A stretch of 64,000 nucleotides of DNA from assembly GCA_001662655.1 (NCBI GenBank), contig KV460221.1; one strand, written 5' to 3'. Of this stretch, positions 11,187 to 24,193 are shown one piece after another. Below the pieces are notes generated by a model, which made no database searches, was not told where the DNA came from, and saw nothing but the letters and a program-made list of their open reading frames with translations. Position 1 is the stretch's first letter, and each line of letters starts with the position of its first letter. The position numbers were made by a program, and so were the translations under genes. This stretch comes from Pseudogymnoascus verrucosus. Its lineage: Eukaryota.

Positions 11187-12096
11187 CATAAAGGTCTTTA
11201 GGCATGAAGCCTTATGGAGAGGATAACATAGAGGTCACGCATGCAATGATCAGAGCAACAGCAGCCAACCGAGAAAGTGGCAATTATGTGATGAGATTGC
11301 TGGCGAAAATACCAGGTAACATAATACTTACTGCTGATTTGATAGAAGTAGCGGCAAGAAACAAAGAGAAGGGCGAGGATATTATCAAGCTACTCTTAAA
11401 TAGTGACAATGTTCAAATTGCAGATGGCTCAGTAGCAGCAATAGCAAAATGGTATGATGTTGAAGTACTAAAATTGTTAGTAGGTAGGCGAGGAGATGAT
11501 GTGAGGATTACAGAAAAGGTGGTCAAGGCAGCAGCAGGGAAGTCAAAGAGTGGCGAGGTAGTGATGATGCTACTTCTCAATCATCTAGGAGACAATTCTA
11601 GATCACAGAGAAAATGGTTAGGATTATTGCAGGATCATTTCACCACATGGTCATGGCACTACTTCTTGATCGCCGAGGAGACGATGTGATGATTACAGAA
11701 GAGGTGGTCAGGGAAGCAGCAAGGAATTCCGAGAGTGGCACGGAGGTGATGAAACTGCTTCTCGACCGCCGAGGAGACGATGTGACTATTACAGAAGAGG
11801 TAGTAAAGACAGCTGCAGGGAATGCTGGGAGTGGCAAGGAGGTGATGGAACTGCTTCTCGATCGCCGAGGAGATGAAGTGATGATTACGGAGGAGGTAAT
11901 TAAAACAGCAGCGGGGAATTCTGGATGTGGCAGTTGGGTGATAGAACTGCTTCTTGACCGCCGAGGAGACGACGTGACGATTACAAACGAGTTGTCAACG
12001 CAGCAGCACGGGATGAGGAATGCTCAATGCGACATATCCACAGGTAATGTCATCATAAACCAAAAAGATGGCAACCCTCGTGGTATGCCTTCTTAA
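11187..12096 (+). pseudogene. 3' fragment of a fungal NLR-type gene with ~37-aa LLLDRRGDDVTITEEVVKAAAGN repeats (ankyrin-like/DUF7104-like)
   Basis: Tandem repeat units across ORFs 11204-11689 and 11614-12096 with frameshifts; 5' end lost at the hAT TIR. Confidence 0.75.
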
Positions 12097-13152
12097 TAGA
12101 TCTTGACCTTGCGGTTAGAGACAAGCGAGAAGGGTCATCAGGAGCACGGGGCAAGACAGGCACAAGAGCATTCATGGCAATCAGCGTGCTGACAATGAGA
12201 AGCACCCTTTCACGCATTATTTAGAGTCCTTCCGGGTACTCATCTGGATATGCATTTCAACGGGCCAGACGAGAAGTTGGATGTTCCGCAATTTGGGGCT
12301 GGCAAAGTTGAAATTAGGACCTGTTTCAATGATCGTGCTTAACTTGTGCTTAACTGTTGGGGATGGACTTTGGTGGTTTAGGGTTGGGGGTTGGGATGGA
12401 TGAGCGTCAAGAAGGAGGCAAGATGCAGCTTCGGGGGGGGTGGTGTGGACGTAGGCACGAAGTTGCAAAGCCTTCTAAAGGTTTATCAAGATACTTCCTT
12501 GGGGATATTCAGCTGACATATGAGCGACGTCTTTTGGGTTCTAGTAGCGCAAGCCGAGGTAGTAGGGAGTTTGTGTGGTAGGTCAAGCGCGGGCCACAAC
12601 CTACTGATGCGGCTGATCTGACTTAAGTAGACTACGTATATAGAGGGGCCGCGAATCTTGATCAGCATGGGTCGGACGAAACGGATGGTGTACTGCCTCG
12701 GGCACGAGACTCTACTCAACTTTCAGAAAGCTGACCTTCCACCGTTTCCATCACAGCGCATATGCCATGCTCGTACGGACACTTTTGGCGCCGTAGTGTA
12801 CGCGCATCCACGGATCCACTCTAGGGCCGCTCCGATAATAACCCTGTGGCTGCTGCAGGGCTAAATTGTAAACCTCAAGGCAATGCATATGTGATGCTCG
12901 ATCCTGCTGAGATTAGCCAGGGTTTCCAGTGTCCGGGCTTCTATATCACGTGGTTCCGAGCGCGTGATCTAGCTACGTCTTGCGAATTAATCAGGAACAG
13001 CCGGCGGATCAGTTATTCCGGCCAAGCCAGAAATGCCGTATTAGTAAGCCCCGATTATCAAGACATACCTGTATACAGCGGTTGTGGCTCACAGAGCAAA
13101 TTCATGATTGCAGCAGCTCACACTCCGCCGCCATCGGCATGCTTCTATAGCT

Positions 13153-14753
13153 ATGCCGCCGCGGACTCGCCGTCTTCCTCGCGAGGATATCACATACTCC
13201 GTTGCGCAGGACAGAGAAGTCAACGTCCTGCATCAGCTTGAATATTGCGACAAGAAAGACAGGTTCTTCGATTGTCTCTATCGTAAACGCAACTTGATGC
13301 AGGCAGTTGTGGCTCATCATTTGAGCCTCCAGTTACCCGATGCGTGCAATATAGCGGATATGTCGGAGTGGCTCCATGGCAGCTTCAACGTGTGTGTCCC
13401 GGTCACCATTTCGGCGTGGCAGGGGAAGCGCGTCCTTCTGCGGTTCCCACTACCATATCGTGTTGGAGACTCCTTTCAGCCAGGCAATGGAGACGAGAAG
13501 ATTCGATGTGAGGCGGGCACCTATGCATGGCTCGACGAAAATTGTCCCGAGGTGCCAATTCCACGGTTATATGGCTTTGCGTTGTCCACAGGTCAGACGG
13601 TGTGTAGCGACAACTGGTAATTGAGATTTCAAATATTGATAATATCTAGTTCACACGGCTGGAAAGTTTACCGTTCGTCCGCCAATATATCCAACGCTTA
13701 CGCCGACATGTCCTGTCGTGGCTCGGGTACCCCGTCCCTTCACGATATGTCCGACACGATATCGGAAGATTAGGTTTAGCAGATGCAGGCTATCTATTGA
13801 CCGAGTATATCGAGGAAACACAAGGAGAGATGCTCTCTAACACATGGTTAGAAAACCAACACGATTCGAGGTTACGGACCAATCTTTTTCACGATCTTTC
13901 GCGAATTATCCTGAGTATCAGTCGAATTGCCTTACCAAGAATTGGCTCCTTTGTTATTGACAACGACGGGTTCTTGAGTTTAACAAACCGACCACTCTCG
14001 ATAGAGATTCAGACATTGGAAAACGAGGAGGTCCCTACAAACATTCGAAGAGATTATACCTATACTACTGTCGATTCCTACATCGTCGATATGCTTGCTT
14101 TCCACGATAATCGCCTTCGGATCCAGCCGAATGCAATCAATGACATTGACGACTCTGTATCTCAGATGTCAGCCCTAGGGGCGATGCGTACGATTATGCC
14201 CCTCTTCTTGCGGCGGGAGCTGCGGCGCGGGCCCTTTGTTTTTACTTTGACAGATTTACACCAGAGCAACATTTTTGTGGATAAAGACTGGCATATTACC
14301 TCGCTGGTAGACCTGGAATGGGGATGCTCTCGACCTATCGAGATGGTGGAACCACCTTACTGGCTTACAAACAAAGGCGTCGATCAGATACTGCCGGACG
14401 AATACAACAAGGTACGGGTTGAATTCATGACGATTTTAGAAGAAGAGGAACTGTTGGCAGCGAGCAATACTACTGAGAGGGGGGGGTTGCGACTAGCAGA
14501 TGTAATGAACCAGGCTTGGGAGATGGGGACTTTCTGGTATACGCTTGCGCTGTCAAGCCCGACCGGCCTTTTCCGTTTGTTTTATCATCACATCCAGCCC
14601 CGGCTCATTAGCATCCACGATGAAGATCCAGACAACGTCATGCCGTACTATTGGGCACAGAACGTCTTTCAGATTATATCGCGCAAGTTATCCGATAAGA
14701 AAGAATATGACTTGCAGCTTCGCAAAGCTTTCGATGACTCTACGATAGAGTAG
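13153..14753 (+). CDS. Aminoglycoside-phosphotransferase-like (APH/choline kinase family) fungal kinase, apparently intact
   Basis: ATG 13153; intron 13600-13649 (GTGTGT..TAG) restores frame; GSFNVC, LRFPLP, CEAGTY, VPIPRLYG, LTDLHQSNIFVD, LVDLEW. Confidence 0.85.
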
Positions 14754-14763
14754 TTGTCTTTCC

Positions 14764-14985
14764 TTATTTATTACCTCCACTGCTCGACGAACCGCCTTTC
14801 GCAACTTCTTTCTCAAACGCTTTACTCAAACTGGCTGCTGCCCGTTTGTTCCGATTGATATCTCTCTTCTCTTGCGCGGCTCGACCGGAGGAGCTAAGCT
14901 GCTGCAGGCTCTTGACGTTGCCCTTGACCCCAACCTTTGCCTCCTGCCCGGGTTCTGACTTCTTGGATTTGGATTCACTATCCAT
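14764..14985 (-). CDS. Small basic hypothetical protein, possibly the last exon of a longer gene
   Basis: 73-aa Lys/Ser-rich ORF convergent with the APH gene; a splice-donor-like GTGAGT upstream at ~15056. Confidence 0.3.
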   Translation of the reverse strand: MDSESKSKKSEPGQEAKVGVKGNVKSLQQLSSSGRAAQEKRDINRNKRAAASLSKAFEKEVAKGGSSSSGGNK

Positions 14986-15929
14986 TGTGGACGCAGAGCC
15001 GGGAATATTCTTTCAAAATTTAGAAGCTTAAGCATACTGAGATATCTCCTACTCACCTTACTTCCTTAGCGGAGGGTTGATCTTCCCGAGACAGCTATGC
15101 TCACTGATAAGATGCTTTCGAAATTGTAATTCCACGAGAGCGAAGGTAATTATTTTCGTTATCAGGATTATACGTATTCTCTTACCCTTATATTATACGC
15201 GTCTCTGAAGTGCATGTCTCATGTGATAGATGATGAATATGCACCACGACGTGGCTGTACGCCTTAAAGGACTGGAGCCTAAATTATGCGGGATTCTTTC
15301 GGCCACATGCTTCTACGGATGCGGCTCTGCATATAAGGGCCTTAGCGTTGTGTTGTGGCTTCACTGGCCAACGCAAGGCTGCCTGCCTCAATCGTGGCAC
15401 TTGGTTTGCTCCTGATAACCTCTGATCTGGAGAGGCTTGCCATGGCAGGAGGGCGTTGAGCCACTTGCGCTCTGGTAGCGACGAAAGCAGGGGAGCATGC
15501 GGAATTGAAGTTGACTCCATTCAGCAGGTCACAAATAAAGAAAGACAGGAAGTTTCAGATGCCACTGTCGCCTTGACATGGTTAGGGATGCGGACTGGTG
15601 GGGAATGGACCGTAAGGGCGATGCGATTTGAGGCTCCGTTGTGGAGCGTCACTCAGCCATAGAAGCCACACACCATTTATGTTGCAGGCGTGGCTGAAGG
15701 GCAGGCAGGGCTACACGAGACGTGCACCTCGCTCAGATAAAACGTGATGAGACTTCGATCTTCGCTCCTTATACGCCAAATCTTCATATTCTGCCTTCAT
15801 AATTTTCGTCAGCTATAGCATCCCTCATGACCTTAATATCTCTGCATACCCTAACAGCATTAACTCCACGCCACAAAACATATCCACTATTCGAGAGTGG
15901 GAGGAGCTTCGAATCGTCTTGCTACAAAT

Positions 15930-16900
15930 TTGATCATGTCCACAGGTGTCTCCAGTGGTTTTCCGACCTCAGCGGACTAACTCTCCATGAGTTCTAAGCA
16001 GCATAGTGGCTCTCGCGAAGCCTGGAGATGCCAAAAGGTACCATTTTCATGGGAAATTTGCATCCGGGCAGAAAAACTGTGGTCTTTTCCCAATATCGAT
16101 TCTTCATCCTGCAACATCTACATGAAATCCTTAAAATGGACCTTGTACACTTCCCTTTCCTCAACTGACCAATCCCAGGGGTCAGGATTTGGTATCAACC
16201 AAGGAGGAGGAGCATTGAGAAATTGACGTGGTGCCGCGTAACAGAATTCCCAATCTATCAGCGCCTTTACCTTGAATGTTTTAGGATCCACAAGTATGTT
16301 CCTAATTCATACAGGATGGCTTGAATTTCCAATCGCATCATACGCGCGATCCGTGAATCTTCGGGGCAGTGCCCTGCGCAAAGTTCGAGCTGCCAATGAT
16401 CTTTCACGGCCGCTGGAGCCGGCGGGGACGATGAGATGTAGAACCCCTTGGCCTTGTCATCCTCACCAATGTCAACGGGTAGCAGCTGAGAGGAAGCCGC
16501 GTTTTCAGCAGATACTAGGGTTAACGTGATTTCTAAAGAACGCTTGCTCCTCCATGTCTGAAGAAGATACAAGATCTATCCACCTCGAACCACTTCGACA
16601 ACTCCAAGATCGAATATGGCGGCAGTGCCAATCTCCTTCCAACTCAACATAAAAGGGGCTGGGCATGTGATGAATGTCTTGCATCTTCCTTCTCGTTCTT
16701 TCAGCGGCTAGGTATGGTCTGGCGCCTATGATTGAGAAGACTAGTCTTAAGGGCAGCAGCTGTGGGTAGTATACCAACAGTCAGGTTCCTTGATTCGTCA
16801 CAATTAACTGCAGAGCTCGATTATTCTAGGCAGCAGCTACGGGTGGATGAAACTCACAAGATCGCTCTGGGCAATTGCTGCCTCATGTTCTGTCATAATT
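15930..16900 (-). pseudogene. Degenerate APH-like kinase
   Basis: Minus strand reads RNILVDPKTFKVKALIDWEFCYAAP...PPPWL...NGTFW, with stops and frameshifts; ends approximate. Confidence 0.6.
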
Positions 16901-16997
16901 TACCAGCATCATTCGCTAAACATCGCCAGCCTCAAGACACCTCAGTCGTTGAAAATAATTTCGCCTTTCACACTTCACCCTGAAGTCAGCCTTCCAA

Positions 16998-18270
16998 ATG
17001 GCTTTGCCAGACCTTATTTTTCTGGACAGAATTGGAAGGGTACTGATTTCTACCCCGACGGTTCGTCCCGCCGTCGCTTATTGGATGATTGCGTGGAAGC
17101 AACCGATTGGGACGCGTTATGTCTCTAAGTTACGCCTCAACTCTCAACAATTCTATCAAATGCAGAATACTCCCCAATATCACCAATGGCCAATTTCACC
17201 TGGTTCGCCTGCTTGAATTCGAGAACCAGTCTCAATGGATCGCACGAATTCAACTGTGTAAGTCTACAGAAAGATTGGCCAAAAAGCTGCAAAGGGAGGT
17301 GGATTCAATGGCAACTGTCAGAGAACGCACAAACATTCCTGTGCCACAAGTATTTGGATACAAGACCAACGACAGTAATTCAGTTGGAGTCGCATTTATC
17401 CTGATGGAGTTTTTACCCGGGAACGTCGCTATGGACGCTGATGGTGGTTATAAAACTCATAACAGGGAGATTCCTCCTCAACACAAGACGAATTTTTACA
17501 ACGAAATGGCCCAGGTTCAGGTAAGTACTCTGATATTATCTTCAAATAACGCCATGCATCTATCTGATAAGCACTATTGCAGGCAGAGATGACATCGGTA
17601 CGCTTGCAAAGGATAGGAACCATTATCAAGGGCAAGATGGCAACTATGATATTGGCCCATTGCCGGATTTAGGTGGACCGTTTGACACTGCAACAGCCTT
17701 CTTCGAGGCATGGGCTGCTAAAGCCAAATTCCCGAAATCAAGGGATACAATTTAGAAGAGCATGAAAAATGGGCCACTGAACGAGGTGCTTTCATCGATC
17801 ACAGAATTCCCTCACAGAATAAAGGCAGTAGGCAGTCGACTTTCTTCCTGTGATAATGGACCGTTTCCCCTCTGGCATCCGGATTTTCTTCATAGCAACA
17901 TTATTGTCGACGAGAGTTACAGGGTACTTGGTGTCATCGACTGGGAAGGTGCGTGTACTGCACCTTGGGAGTTGGCGGAATTTCCACTTTTCTTGGAAAC
18001 GGTGCCGTTCCCTACGGATGCACCTTGTAATTATGATGAGAGTGGTCAACCCTTAAATAAGAACACAAGGCGAAGGTGGCAAGAGCGAAAAGAATATGTC
18101 GAGAAGGTGGCAAATGCTGAAGTTTCTAAACAGATTGATAACAAGCTGTCGACAACCCTTGATAATCATGACGTCCAGAATTTGGCATACGCTGTGAGGG
18201 TTTACCTTGCCCTGGGAAATTAGGCTTTTACCACAAAGTGCTAGAGACTTTTGGAACGAAATATGTTAGA
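16998..18270 (+). pseudogene. APH-like kinase pseudogene
   Basis: DWDAL, WIARI, IPVPQVFGY, FILMEFLPG, intron 17521-17582, HPDFLHSNIIVD, VIDWEGA; frameshift near 17125 and stop near 17752. Confidence 0.8.
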
Positions 18271-18961
18271 TAAAAGCTTGCTAACTCTATTTGCCTTGTC
18301 TACTTTCCTGAGACGCGCTAGCCTCATATAGTGCCTATTCTGTGCACCGGACAATCATGCCTTCGGATGTGGACGATAGTTCTTCAGCTATAAATGAAAC
18401 TGTTTTGATTCCTTGACGATGGCTTGAGTTGGTATATGTCTAGGGTGGAAGGGCTTAAAACGCTTTGACGATCGACCGTACTTCAAGCCGTAGACATCAC
18501 CCAAAACCCAAGGCCCGAAATTGCAGACGGGCTGGATGTGTTTCGCGACAGGCCTGGTGAAAATATGCAGAACAAACTATGCGTCTGCCGATTTTTCAGG
18601 TTTCCCCAAGCCGTAGAACACAAAACCGTAACCGACAGTTTACAATTCAGGATTATTATCGGAGCGGCCCTAGAGTGGATCCGTGGATGCGCGGCCCCTC
18701 AGCTTAATGAGGGGCTGCGCATCGATACTATCCGGTGAGGGATGATTAGGATCATCGGATGGTGACCCTCAGCTTAGTCCACCTACTGCTGAACACCAAG
18801 CTTGGGAGGTTTCTGGGAAGATTAAATCTTTGTCATCTTCAAATACTCGTCGCTTGCAATGAAATGCCAACGACAGTCTACGACTATCTTTTTTCTAGTT
18901 TTAACCCTCAAAATTACACCAGACATCATAAGTCCTTCCCCAGCCCTCCAAAGCTTCCATC

Positions 18962-19730
18962 ATGACCGTAAGTCGCCTCGAGACTCTACCAATAGAGATT
19001 TGCCGCATTATCATTGACTTTATCACGACCTGGACCGTCAAAGATTTGTCTTGTACGAGCAAATGGCTGAGAGAGGCATGCTTGCCGGCCCTCTTCCGCC
19101 ATGTCGAGTTTCCATTCTCAGAGGCCGGATTCGACGGGCTCAAGAGTCTCGTGAAGTCAGATGCTCATTATAATGTCGTCTCCTTTACTTACGTAGTCCC
19201 GGAACTACCGAAGGCTGGTAATTATCTCTCCTATTATGCTGGATAATTTTCTTGGCTGACGCTGCCCCTAACCTCGCACAGAAATACCTAGATTTCGATA
19301 GTTTCAAGTTTGATCTGTTGACTCCTGACAGCTACGTGGAAACAGCGAAAGAATTGTACGATGCGGGTGATGATGCAGATGAAAGCCCTTCATAGATGGT
19401 CATCTACGAAACCTTACACGACATTTGTGAAATGCAGCGCAATATCGTGGACAACGGCGTTGACCTTTCAGTTCTATCATCTACACTTGGAGCGCTTCCT
19501 CGATTAACGGACGTGGGCTTGTCTTTCTGCAAGCCGCTGGAGGGGGAAGACCCGCTGCTGTGGTCCTTCGTTCCAAACATGACTGTAGAAGAAGAGTCCT
19601 TCGAATACCATGTGCGAGTCGTCTCCGATGCTATCCAGTGTGCCAGAAATAGAGTCGTTGCTATTCATACCATTAGCCTGTTGGGGTTTACCGTTCTGTA
19701 TCGCAGTACCAGTGAGGCCCACGGAAAACA
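18962..19730 (+). pseudogene. F-box-like protein, 3'-truncated
   Basis: LETLPIEICRIIIDFI..LSCTSKWLREACLPALFRHV; intron ~19217-19281; in-frame TAG at ~19393. Confidence 0.65.
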
Positions 19731-20014
19731 CCTGCGAGGAAGTAATGTTAGTTTGCAATTCGATGCAATGCCAGAGCATTGGTGCAAGTGAATCGCGACG
19801 ATGAACGTACCCATGCCAACATGATGAGAACATCATCCAAACCAATTCGAGCCTGGGTAATGACCAACCTCGCACACAGACGCATGGCGACAAAGATAGT
19901 CCCCAATACAACGGGGATAAGCTGGACAATCGTGAGAGCATGGCCCCTCCGCACCGGGTCGACATAATTCGGCTTCGGCCATTGCGATGTTACTTCTGGC
20001 GGTGGAAGTCTCAT
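19720..20014 (-). pseudogene. 5' fragment of a Pth11-like (fungal rhodopsin-domain) integral membrane protein
   Basis: MRLPPPEV..WPKPNYVDP..RG, FVAMRLCAR, IGLDDVLIMLAW. Confidence 0.75.
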
Positions 20015-20229
20015 TATGGCGGTTTTGCAGTTGAGCCTGCCACGTCTTCAACAGCGTAGGGTTGGGCGGAAGTGATGAGGGGCTACCCTATCTATATGTG
20101 TACAAAGTGGAGCTTGTCTTGACGTCTCGAGGAACCAGAGTTCTCATCTCAGATCCGTGCTCTCGGGGATTAAGAAATCGCGAAAAATCTGGTGTGGACT
20201 ACATCATTCCTAAAGTGCCTGGTAAGTCA

Positions 20230-21027
20230 AAGCTGCATGCACGAGTAGTGGGGCGTGCCGGCCACCAATGCTCTCGAGCATTGTTCCTGCACAGACTTCG
20301 TAACCTATGCATCCCGCTCTGGTTGGCCAATTGTTGTGACAAGGGTAACACGCGGTATGTTCTCCAATAGCTCGCGTGGCAAGTTGCGTCCCGATGGCTT
20401 GGCTCATTCGCGGGCACCAATGGACTATCGGGAAAATATGCGGGTGGGGGAGACAGTGTTCTGCAGGACCTGGCCGGAACAGATCCGGTGGTAGACACGA
20501 CGGCGACTGTACCAGTCAAACCTCGCCAAGCTTGGCGTCCATAATCACCCCGAGGACCTTGATATGGTCCTTGGGTTGAATAGTTTGTCCCTGATTGTGA
20601 AGGGCTGAGAGGCTGTCTTGTATTCCTTGCGAGTGAAGTGGATTATCGCTGTCTTATCTGCTTCGAAAGTCGCCCCGCTTCTCTCCCATTCTAGGGCGGC
20701 GTCAATAATTGCTTCTATGCCTTGCCGGTTGCTCTCTGCTGTAGGCCCTGTGACCCAGGCGTTAAGGTCGTCGATGAAGGCTATGGCTCCTCCATGAGCA
20801 TTGATCCGCCGCTATACGAGGTCTGCGTTGAAGAAAGGGAATACGATAGGGGATAGGGGCGAGCCCTGTGGCAGGCCGGCCTGTGGCAGTCTTCGCGATT
20901 CGGAGGCCTGTCCATTGACTTGGATCGAGGCTGTGCGGTCTGAGCAGAAAGCTTCCACCCACTGGCAGAGCTCTTCTGGTATGCCTCGAGCCTTCATTCT
21001 TTGCAGTAGTCTCTCTTTGCACACTCC
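20230..21027 (-). mobile_element. Non-LTR retrotransposon (Tad1-like LINE) reverse-transcriptase fragment
   Basis: GVCKERLLQRMKARGIP, GLPQGSPLSPI, FNADLV, AFIDD, GATFEADK, KVLGVIMD. Confidence 0.85.
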
Positions 21028-21349
21028 ATCACAAGATAGAGGCGTGACCACAACACTATTGCTTGTCCAGGCACGAACACGGCCCATCCCAACACCCCTA
21101 AGTATACGGGCGCGAATTTATCTGGGTTATCGGAATAGAAATAATAGGCACTTCCAAAGGTTGATATAGCGAGGCCGCTGGTTGCCACGATCAGAGACCA
21201 AAAGTAACATCCTGAATATCGCCTGAACGTGGCAAAAAACGAGAATAGTAACTTCGATAGCATTCGGTAATGTGAGGGCGTAGAAAGGAGTGAACAAGTA
21301 AGTATTGGATAAAACGCGAGCTAGTGCTCGCCTCCCTTGTAATCCTCAT
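21028..21349 (-). pseudogene. 5' fragment of a fungal multi-pass membrane protein, cut by the LINE
   Basis: FATFRRYSGCYFWSLIVA...GW..FVPGQAIVLWSRLYLV. Confidence 0.6.
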
Positions 21350-22307
21350 GGTGGGACTCTGCTCTGATCAGTCATGATGGGTCGCTGGCTTGATATACAT
21401 CAAGGCGACATTCGTAAGCGAACCTGAAATGGTGACCGAATTGTTTTGTAGCTATGGCCCCGTCTAGAACACATCGCCGTCAATGGCAAATCATTTATTC
21501 GGGGGCGCGATTCAGCCAACACACGGGGAGTTCCGCACAACTCTTGCATCGGGCTGCAATCAAGAGTGATACAATACGTTGTCAATTTGCATACCCAGAG
21601 AAGAATCACCCTTGGTGGGCGATACCCTGACGGATCCAGCAATATAGCCGACGCTTTCAAATCACCAATGAGACGACTCCAGCACTTCCAACCCCGTCCT
21701 ACAGGGCGAGAGCAAAGCGAAGATCGAAAGCATCAAAGCATCAAAGCCTTTATGCACCCGCCAAACCGGGCAGACATGTGAGGAGTTGGATGGACGGCTT
21801 TGTGATTGCTGTGGGGGAGGGGTCGCAGATTGGACCGGTGGGCAGGTCCGGACAGCAAAGGAACTGGAGCGGTTCGAGGACAAGATGGATGACCGGCACT
21901 GTGGGTTCAGTTGGGCAAAGTATAGGCGAGAGCGGGCAGAGCATACGTACACGCGCTTTGCCCGACGCGGCGGTGGCTAAACCGAGGAGGGCTTTAGTTT
22001 TTGGGCTAGTCCTTTTTAGGTAGTATCAAGATACTTAAGACAACAATCCTGTTCTGATCATGGGCTGGCTAATTCCTCAACGAACTATTCTTGTGCGTTC
22101 TCCAATTGGTCCGGATATCTACAAACTCAAGCTAGGGGAAGACAATACACAAATAGGAATGGTACGAAAGAGGTTGCTAGTCCATGTGTGGGTAGCGGTA
22201 ACTCCCATACTTATGACTGAAATCCTTATCCTTTCACTGTTATCCAAGTCCATTGAGAACACATAACCGCTATAGCCTACTCACCTTTCTACCCCCTCCG
22301 ACCTAAA

Positions 22308-24193
22308 ATGCCCCGCCAGCGAACATCCTGCTATACCTGTGCATTAATCAAAACGGCGTGTGGCCAGGGCCAACCTTGCACACGATGCCAAAGTTAGAAT
22401 CAACTTGCCCTTGCTCTTTTGATTGGGACCGATCAAGAATCTCCATACTGACCATCTCATCTAGGGTTGTCTCTAACTTGCGACTATGGACCCACAGCCC
22501 CAAGGAACCGCAGGAGAAATGACGCTGAGGATACGGCGTCTCGAACTCGTGCTAGACATCGCAAATCGAGGAATGGTTGTCTAAATTGTGCAAAGAGGTG
22601 ATATAATGTGCTTGAACTTATTTACACCACATTGGCGTCTGACAGAAGCATAACTAGACGAAAGAAGTGCGATGAAGTAGCTCCTCGATGTGGGGAATGT
22701 AGACGGCTTGAGATCGCAGATTGTCAAGGGAAAAGCACAGCATCCTTTCGGCAGACGCCATTAACAAGCTTTCCGGCGGTTTCTGAATTCGATGGTGATA
22801 GGAATAATCTCCCGAATCAAGACCTGAACGATGTTGTTGATACTGCCCTGAGCACTAGCGAATATCTCAGCCACGTTGCTCTGATGCCTGAAAGCGACAT
22901 TGCGGAGATGGCTAGACGTGGCCATCTAAAGGACAGCAATGCATTAAGGGGGCAAGAGAAAGATCAGGATCCCCAAAACAATCCTATTCTCAAGAACTTC
23001 CCTAGGGTGTCTCATTGGGACTTTACTGACTGGGACCCCGTGGAGCAATATCTGCTCAATCATTTTCTGGAAGTTGTCTCACGGTCCTTCGTCGTTGTCT
23101 TTGATGATGAGAATCCGTTTCTTCAGGAAATCCTTCCCAAGGCATCAAATGTCAGATCCGTACGACATGCAGTGCTAGCTTTGACAGCTTGCCACCTCTG
23201 TAAGTTATATCCGAATTTTGAAGGCAGTGTGGTGAGGCACCAAAGTCTTGCATTGTTTTTGCTGAAAAAGGATCTCGAGTCCGGAAATGACATCGAAAAC
23301 ACGCTCGTGGTGTCGCTCTTATTATGTTTATTTGAAGTGAGCCGTCTCCACTCCCTTTATGTATAGAAATTCGAGTGCTAATCAGACAGATCTGCCAAGG
23401 AAATTCCAGAAAGTGGATTCTACATCTATATGGTTCCAAGGCCTTGATTGACGTATCCCTTAGCCAAGGGACCGGCAGGAAATTATCACAGTTTCTACTA
23501 GACTTGTATAAGTTCATCTGCTGCAAAGCAATGATAACCTGCGAAAAGGTCCCAGTCATGCCATGCGGCTTCGAGTCCCTCCAGAATGTGGAACCCGAAT
23601 CAATCAGTTCAATTCATCCCCTCGTCGGTCTCGCTGGCGATCTGTACAACAAGCTTTCAGAAATAAGCCACCTAGCTGTCCGACGCATGTCACGTCATGC
23701 AACGGCCACAAGTGCAGGTATCTTCACAGCTAAAGCGTCTGAACTGGAAGCATATCTTCAATCATGGCAAGCCCCAAAATATGGACATAACCGTCGACTG
23801 TTTAATGAGGCCGTTTATGCCGCGGAAGCCATTCGATGGGCTGCTCTCCTTCGACTGTACCAGGTCGTTGATGGGTGCGTTATCAACCCAGAGAAGCGCC
23901 AGAACGCACTAAGCCATGTGGAATATTTTATTTCTCAGATCCGCCCAGGATCATCGCTCGAGGCGCAGCTTTTGTTCCCGTTGTTCATGGCGGGCTTAAG
24001 TGCAACGAGAAGAGCAGAACTGCTCAGTATTGAGTATCGAATAACAGTTTTGGAGTCGACAGTGGGGACTGGAAATATCACAGGCGCGCACAAATTACTA
24101 GATCTTTTCTGGGAAAAGAGTCAATGGGGAACCGGGAATGTTGACTGGGAGTTCCTGTTGCAAGAAAAGCATGCAAATGTGGTTCTTTATTGA
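22308..24193 (+). CDS. Zn2Cys6 transcription factor with two binuclear clusters and a Fungal_trans_2-like domain
   Basis: Introns 22393-22464, 22598-22657 and 23337-23389; clusters CYTC-x6-C-x5-CTRC-x6-C and CLNC-x6-C-x6-CGEC-x7-C; ENPF, VRHAVLALTACH, WILHL, LLFPLFMAG. Confidence 0.85.

Noticed and set aside
12370..12395. Interstitial telomere at GGTTTAGGGTTGGGGG
   Set aside because: Single TTAGGG unit in G-rich sequence, expected by chance
21560..22020. Coding-like GC-rich stretch with several short ORFs
   Set aside because: No recognisable family or consistent frame; may be a gene remnant but cannot be supported
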